Source of the DNA: Vulcanimicrobiales bacterium
GTDB lineage: Bacteria > Vulcanimicrobiota > Vulcanimicrobiia > Vulcanimicrobiales > Vulcanimicrobiaceae
DNA length: 64,000 bases
Direction: 5' to 3'
NCBI GenBank assembly: GCA_038231455.1
Contig: JBBRLI010000015.1
Location: forward strand, 1 to 64,000
The position numbers and the translations under genes are program-made. Positions 59,405 to 64,000 of this stretch are shown here, in pieces; position 1 is the first letter of the stretch; the number at the start of each line of letters is the position of its first letter. The notes under the pieces were generated by a model, which did not search any database, was not told where the DNA came from, and saw only the letters and a list, made by a program, of their open reading frames with translations.

Positions 59405-60139
59405 TTGCCCAGTTCTCAAGCCCCGCCGCCCGGCGCCACGGCCCTCGACCCGACTGCCCTGCGGCCGCCGATCGACGATGCTGCCATCGAACGGATCACG
59501 CCGGCGGAACTCGTCGCGCGCGTGATGACGCTTAAGGCCTCAGGTTACACGATGCTCCTGGATATCGGCGGCGTGGACTACCTCGAGCGTGCGCCGCGAT
59601 ACGATGTCGTCTATCACTTCCTGAACCTCTCGGGCGATGGCGCGACCGTCGCTGCGGTCGGCCATCCGCGTCGCGTCCGGTTGCTCGTCGGCGTGCCGCG
59701 CGATGCGACGGATGTGCCGTCGCTCTGCGATCTGTATCCGAATGCGAATTGGCCCGAACGCGAAATCTTCGACCTCTTTGGCATCCGCTTTTCCGGCCAT
59801 CCCGATTTGCGCCGCATTCAGATGCCCGACGATTGGGAAGGCTATCCGCTGCGCAAAGACTATCCGCTGCGCGGCCCTGCAAGCGAGATGACGCCGCGTC
59901 CGGCGTTTGCGCTCAAATCGAACGTCGCCGCCGGAACGCCCGCATCGGGTAAAACGGCTGCGGCCTTGCAGAAGCAAATTGCAGCCGCGCGCGCAGGTGC
60001 GGCGACGCATGGCGAACCCGCTGCCGCGGCGCAAAGCGCTGCGACGAGTCCGTCGGCGGCGACGGCGGGGACGGCGAGCGCAAAAGAACTTGCGGAGCGT
60101 CCGATCAACCTTAAGTCCGATTCGAACGAGAGCAAATGA
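59405..60139 (+). CDS. nuoC: NADH-quinone oxidoreductase subunit C
   Basis: EREIFDLFGI, GHPDLRRI and YPLRKDYPL; Ala-rich tail. Confidence 0.95.
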   Translation: MPSSQAPPPGATALDPTALRPPIDDAAIERITPAELVARVMTLKASGYTMLLDIGGVDYLERAPRYDVVYHFLNLSGDGATVAAVGHPRRVRLLVGVPRDATDVPSLCDLYPNANWPEREIFDLFGIRFSGHPDLRRIQMPDDWEGYPLRKDYPLRGPASEMTPRPAFALKSNVAAGTPASGKTAAALQKQIAAARAGAATHGEPAAAAQSAATSPSAATAGTASAKELAERPINLKSDSNESK

Positions 60140-61353
60140 GCGTCGTCCCCGATTCGCTCGCGATGGACGTCGTCGAGCACACAAACAATCGCATGGTGCT
60201 CTCGATGGGACCGCAACATCCCTCGACGCACGGCGTGCTGCAAGTGATCACCGAAATCGAAGGCGAGGTTATCACCAAAGCCGAGCCCGAAATCGGTTAT
60301 CTGCACACCGGCATCGAGAAGTCGGCTGAGAACCTGTTCTGGACGCAGGCGTCGACCGTCATCGAGCGGATGGACTATCTCTCGCCGCTCTCCAATGCCA
60401 TGGCGTACATTCTCGCGGTCGAGCAATTGCTTGGCGTTGCAAACGACATCCCCGAGCGCGCGCAGCAAGTGCGCGTTCTTCTGTGCGAACTCTCGCGAAT
60501 CGCTTCGCACTGTGTTTGGCTTGGCACCGGCGGTATCGATCTCGGCGCGATTTCGACGTTCTTTTACAGCTTCGATCTGCGCGAACGCATCCTGGATCTC
60601 AACGAGTTTGCCGGTGGCGCGCGCATGCATCCGAATTACTTGCGCATCGGCGGCCTCAATGGCGATCTGCCGACCGGCTTCCTCGATAAGCTCGATGTCG
60701 TGATCGATATGTACGCGCCGCGCATGCGCGAGATGCGCAATCTCTTGCAGAAGAATCCGATCTTCCAAGACCGTACGATCGACGTTGGCATTCTCAGCGC
60801 TGAAGAGTCGCTTGCCTGGGGTATCACCGGGCCGACACTGCGTGCTTCGGGCGTCGCTTATGACGTACGCAAAGCGTTCCCGTATTCGGGCTACGAGAAC
60901 TACGAATTCGATATCCCGACGCGCACCGAAGGCGATGCCTACGCGCGCTTCCTCGTGCGTCTCGATGAGATGGACGAATCGATGCGCATCATCCGACAAA
61001 TCCGCAAGAGCTTGGTCGGCGGCCCGGTGATGGTCCCCGACACGAAGTTTGCTGCGCCGCCGAAAGAAACGATCGCCCTTTCGATGGAAGCGCTGATCCA
61101 TCACTTCAAAATCGTAAGCGAATCGTTTCGCGTGCCGCCGGGCGATGTGTATCAACCCGTCGAGGGTCCGCGCGGGGAGCTCGGATACTACCTCGTGAGC
61201 AATGGCGACAATCGCCCGTGGCGCGTGCGCACGCGTCCCGCGTCCATGTATAACTTGCAGGTGCTCAAGAAAATCGCCGTCGGCGAATTGATCGCCGACA
61301 TGGTCGTGATGATCGGCTCGCTCGATCCCGTTTTCGGTGAGGTCGATCGCTAA
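60136..61353 (+). CDS. nuoD: NADH-quinone oxidoreductase subunit D
   Basis: GPQHPSTHG, GYLHTG, RMDY and GEVDR. Confidence 0.97.
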   Translation: MSVVPDSLAMDVVEHTNNRMVLSMGPQHPSTHGVLQVITEIEGEVITKAEPEIGYLHTGIEKSAENLFWTQASTVIERMDYLSPLSNAMAYILAVEQLLGVANDIPERAQQVRVLLCELSRIASHCVWLGTGGIDLGAISTFFYSFDLRERILDLNEFAGGARMHPNYLRIGGLNGDLPTGFLDKLDVVIDMYAPRMREMRNLLQKNPIFQDRTIDVGILSAEESLAWGITGPTLRASGVAYDVRKAFPYSGYENYEFDIPTRTEGDAYARFLVRLDEMDESMRIIRQIRKSLVGGPVMVPDTKFAAPPKETIALSMEALIHHFKIVSESFRVPPGDVYQPVEGPRGELGYYLVSNGDNRPWRVRTRPASMYNLQVLKKIAVGELIADMVVMIGSLDPVFGEVDR

Positions 61354-61354
61354 C

Positions 61355-62152
61355 ATGTCCCTCGATATGACGACCGCTGCCGGCGTCGCCGACTGGAATC
61401 CCAACGTGGTACGTGCGGGGCACGTGTTCGATGACATTTATGCGCGCGTAAAACCCGAGTGCGAAGCGCTCATCGGGCTGTACGAAGATTCGCGCAGTGC
61501 CCTCATCCCGATGGCGCATCTCTTTCAAGAGCACGAAGGCTGGACATCGCCGAACGCACTCGCCGCGATCGCGCATCTCCTCTCGCTGCCGCTTGCGGTG
61601 GTCGAATCGACGATCTCATTCTACACGCTCTTTTATCGCAAGCCTGTCGGCAAGTATATGCTGCAAGTCTGCCGCAATCTCTCGTGCATCATCAACGGTG
61701 CCGAACCGATCATGGCGTACTTCCGCGAGAAGCTCGGCGTCGGCCACTTGGAGACGACGGACGACGGCCTCTTTTCATACGAAGAAGTCGAGTGTCTCGC
61801 GGCTTGCGATCGAGCGCCGTGCATGCAAGTGAATCTCGAGTTCAAGTACGACCTGACCTCGCAAATGATCGACGACATGCTCGCTGCGATGAAGGCGGGT
61901 TCGTTCGACGTGCGACCGCTGATTCAAACGGCAAAGCCGCCGCGCACGTGGCACATCGGTCACCACGGCGCAAAATCCAAAGGCGCGGTCGGCGTGAGCA
62001 ATCCGGATAACGCCGGCGGCATCGGTGACGCAAGCGGCATCATCATGCTCGACCGCGTGGTGAACGATCTTGCGCTCGAAGGCCGCACGAACGAACGCCT
62101 CGCGCGCGAACCGCAACTGAAGCCGCATCCTGGTGGGGAGAACGGACATTAG
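61355..62152 (+). CDS. nuoE: NADH-quinone oxidoreductase subunit E
   Basis: CRNLSC...CLAAC [2Fe-2S] ligands; C-terminal extension. Confidence 0.94.
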   Translation: MSLDMTTAAGVADWNPNVVRAGHVFDDIYARVKPECEALIGLYEDSRSALIPMAHLFQEHEGWTSPNALAAIAHLLSLPLAVVESTISFYTLFYRKPVGKYMLQVCRNLSCIINGAEPIMAYFREKLGVGHLETTDDGLFSYEEVECLAACDRAPCMQVNLEFKYDLTSQMIDDMLAAMKAGSFDVRPLIQTAKPPRTWHIGHHGAKSKGAVGVSNPDNAGGIGDASGIIMLDRVVNDLALEGRTNERLAREPQLKPHPGGENGH

Positions 62153-62153
62153 T

Positions 62154-63428
62154 ATGAGTTTGATCACGCCAATTCTCACCAAAGGGATCGGTGAGCTGAA
62201 CCTGACCGATATCGAGGTGTACAAACAGCAGGGCGGCTACGTTCAACTGCAGCGCGCGGTAAAAGAAATGACCTCGCAAGCGGTCGTCGATCTGACCAGC
62301 GGTTCGAACCTGCGCGGTCGCGGCGGAGCCGGCTTTCCGACCGGCCGCAAGTGGTCGTTCTTACCGAACAATGGACGTCCGCGGTACCTCGTCTGCAACT
62401 GCGATGAAGCGGAACCCGGCACGTTCAAAGATCACATGCTGCTCGAGCAGACGCCGCATCAAATCATCGAAGGCATCCTGATCGGCTCGTATGCAATTGG
62501 ATCCCACCACGCGTTCATCTATATTCGCGGCGAGTTCAAACGCGGCTACGAAATCTTCCGCGACGCACTCGCGCAGGCACGGGCCGCGGGCTTCATTGGA
62601 AAAGGCATCTGCGGGAGCGGCTACGATCTCGAACTGACGATCCATCGCGGCGCTGGTGCGTATATCTGCGGTGAAGAGACGGGTCTGCTCAATTCGCTCG
62701 AAGGCAAACGCGGCGAGCCGCGTCTGAAGCCGCCGTTTCCGGCGATCAAAGGTCTCTACGGCGAACCGACCGTTGTCAACAACGTCGAGACGCTCGCATA
62801 TCTGCCGTACATCATGCGCAACGGCGCGGAGTGGTTTGCGAAGGCTGGCCCCGAGCGTTCACCAGGGTATAAGATCGTCTCGATCTCCGGCCACGTAAAA
62901 AAGCCCGGTAACTACGAAGTGGCGATGGGCACGACGATTCGGCAACTCATCGATGATTGCGCGGGCGGACTTCGCGACGGACGTACATTCATGGCCGTCC
63001 AGCCCGGCGGCGGTTCGTCGGCATGTCTTTTTGAAGAACACCTCGACGTGCCGTACGACTTCGACTCGATCGGTAAAGCCGGATCGATGTTGGGATCCGG
63101 CGCTATGGTCGTTTTCGACGACACAACGGACTTTGTGAAAGCGTCGCACGCGCTCATTCGCTTTTACGCGCACGAATCGTGCGGCCAGTGCACGCCGTGC
63201 CGCGAAGGCGGCCAGTGGCTTGAGAAAACCCTCGCACGTTTGATCGCTGGCGGCGGCGTTGAATCGGATATCGCGATCATCAAATCGGCCGCACATCAAA
63301 TCACCGGCATCAATCTGTGCGCGCTCGGCGATTCGATCGAACCGTTCTTGGGTTCGGTGATCGACCGTTTCGAGGATCAGTTCCGCGCGTACATCACCTC
63401 CACGAAGAAGGTTGCCGTCCCCGCATGA
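62154..63428 (+). CDS. nuoF: NADH-quinone oxidoreductase subunit F
   Basis: GRGGAGFPTG, DEAEPGTFKD, GAYICGEE and ESCGQCTPCREG. Confidence 0.97.
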   Translation: MSLITPILTKGIGELNLTDIEVYKQQGGYVQLQRAVKEMTSQAVVDLTSGSNLRGRGGAGFPTGRKWSFLPNNGRPRYLVCNCDEAEPGTFKDHMLLEQTPHQIIEGILIGSYAIGSHHAFIYIRGEFKRGYEIFRDALAQARAAGFIGKGICGSGYDLELTIHRGAGAYICGEETGLLNSLEGKRGEPRLKPPFPAIKGLYGEPTVVNNVETLAYLPYIMRNGAEWFAKAGPERSPGYKIVSISGHVKKPGNYEVAMGTTIRQLIDDCAGGLRDGRTFMAVQPGGGSSACLFEEHLDVPYDFDSIGKAGSMLGSGAMVVFDDTTDFVKASHALIRFYAHESCGQCTPCREGGQWLEKTLARLIAGGGVESDIAIIKSAAHQITGINLCALGDSIEPFLGSVIDRFEDQFRAYITSTKKVAVPA

Positions 63429-64000
63429 ATACCGATGTGAAAATGGTCACGGTAACGATCGATGGGATCGACGTTACGGTTCCGGCGGGCACGCTGCTCG
63501 TCGAAGCCGCGAAGACGATCCAGCGTGAGATCCCCGTGTACTGTTATCACACGAAGCTTGGCCCGGCGGGACTGTGCCGTATCTGCCTGGTCGAAATCGA
63601 AGGCATGCCGAAACTCCAGATCGCGTGCAACACGCCCGTCGCCGACAAGATGGTCGTGCGCACGGTCGGAGAGAAAGCCGACGAGGGCCGCCGCGCGGTG
63701 CTCGAATTGCTGTTGCTCAACCACCCGCTCGACTGTCCCATTTGCGATAAGGGTGGCGAGTGCGACCTGCAAGATTATTCGATGGCCTACGGCCAAGGCA
63801 GTTCGCGGTTAGCCGATGCAAAGTCGTCCAAACCCAAGGCCGTCGATCTTGGACCCACGATCGTGCTCGATGAAGAACGCTGTATTCTGTGTCTGCGCTG
63901 CGTTCGTTTCGATGACATCATCACGCGTGAATATTCACTACGCACCGATGACCGCGGCGCGCACGCCATCATCACGACCGCAAGCGGCCACCCGTACGAA
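63425..64000 (+). CDS. nuoG: NADH-quinone oxidoreductase subunit G (5' part, runs off the window)
   Basis: Own translation from ATG 63425: YCYH..LGPAGLCRICLVE, IAC, NHPLDCPICDKGGECDLQ and RCILCLRCVRF. Confidence 0.95.
   Translation, partial: MNTDVKMVTVTIDGIDVTVPAGTLLVEAAKTIQREIPVYCYHTKLGPAGLCRICLVEIEGMPKLQIACNTPVADKMVVRTVGEKADEGRRAVLELLLLNHPLDCPICDKGGECDLQDYSMAYGQGSSRLADAKSSKPKAVDLGPTIVLDEERCILCLRCVRFDDIITREYSLRTDDRGAHAIITTASGHPYE

Noticed and set aside
59860-61437. 525-aa minus-strand ORF, and similar long shadow ORFs (10561..11592, 29672..30880, 35194..36279, 39974..41059, 52348..53682)
   Set aside because: They lie antisense to, or frame-shifted over, well-supported genes and have no motifs; such ORFs are expected in high-GC coding DNA

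Overview
A 64 kb, high-GC (roughly 60% by eye), very gene-dense bacterial chromosomal segment. I found no rRNA, tRNA, CRISPR array, phage or IS element. The Gly/Pro/Thr-rich surface lipoproteins with a YxSxST motif and the tiny divergent intergenic gaps suggest Eremiobacterota/Vulcanimicrobiota (inference). Contents in order: two surface lipoproteins; an IclR + NitT/TauT ABC transporter + phthalate-dioxygenase-type Rieske oxygenase operon ending in a miniature FtsZ-like protein; ATP-dependent DNA ligase and ligase-associated MBL nuclease; cysK; TetR; VOC protein; type II asparaginase; an orphan RND permease; two branched-chain-type ABC systems; hydroxyacid-oxoacid transhydrogenase; a degenerate Fic protein; metH; cbiX; DUF1643; a pmm - membrane protein - double-GTPase dynamin - Mo oxidoreductase - nagA operon; amtB; a STAS protein; btuCD/F-like genes; hflX; cobU; and nuoA-G (partial). 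The most interesting signals the ORF track misses are: (1) a leaderless 40-aa membrane peptide plus a multi-hairpin leader, a 9-aa leader peptide and a terminator upstream of a glnK-less amtB; (2) a 50-codon ORF with an in-frame UGA followed by a SECIS-like GGUCU hairpin; (3) a dynamin with a second, degenerate G domain and a MinD-like membrane-targeting tail; (4) a catalytically dead Fic-HTH protein with a consensus promoter and operator-like repeats; (5) probable CTG/ATA start codons; (6) an in-frame amber codon in a secreted metallopeptidase-like gene. All family assignments come from motif recognition, not database searches.
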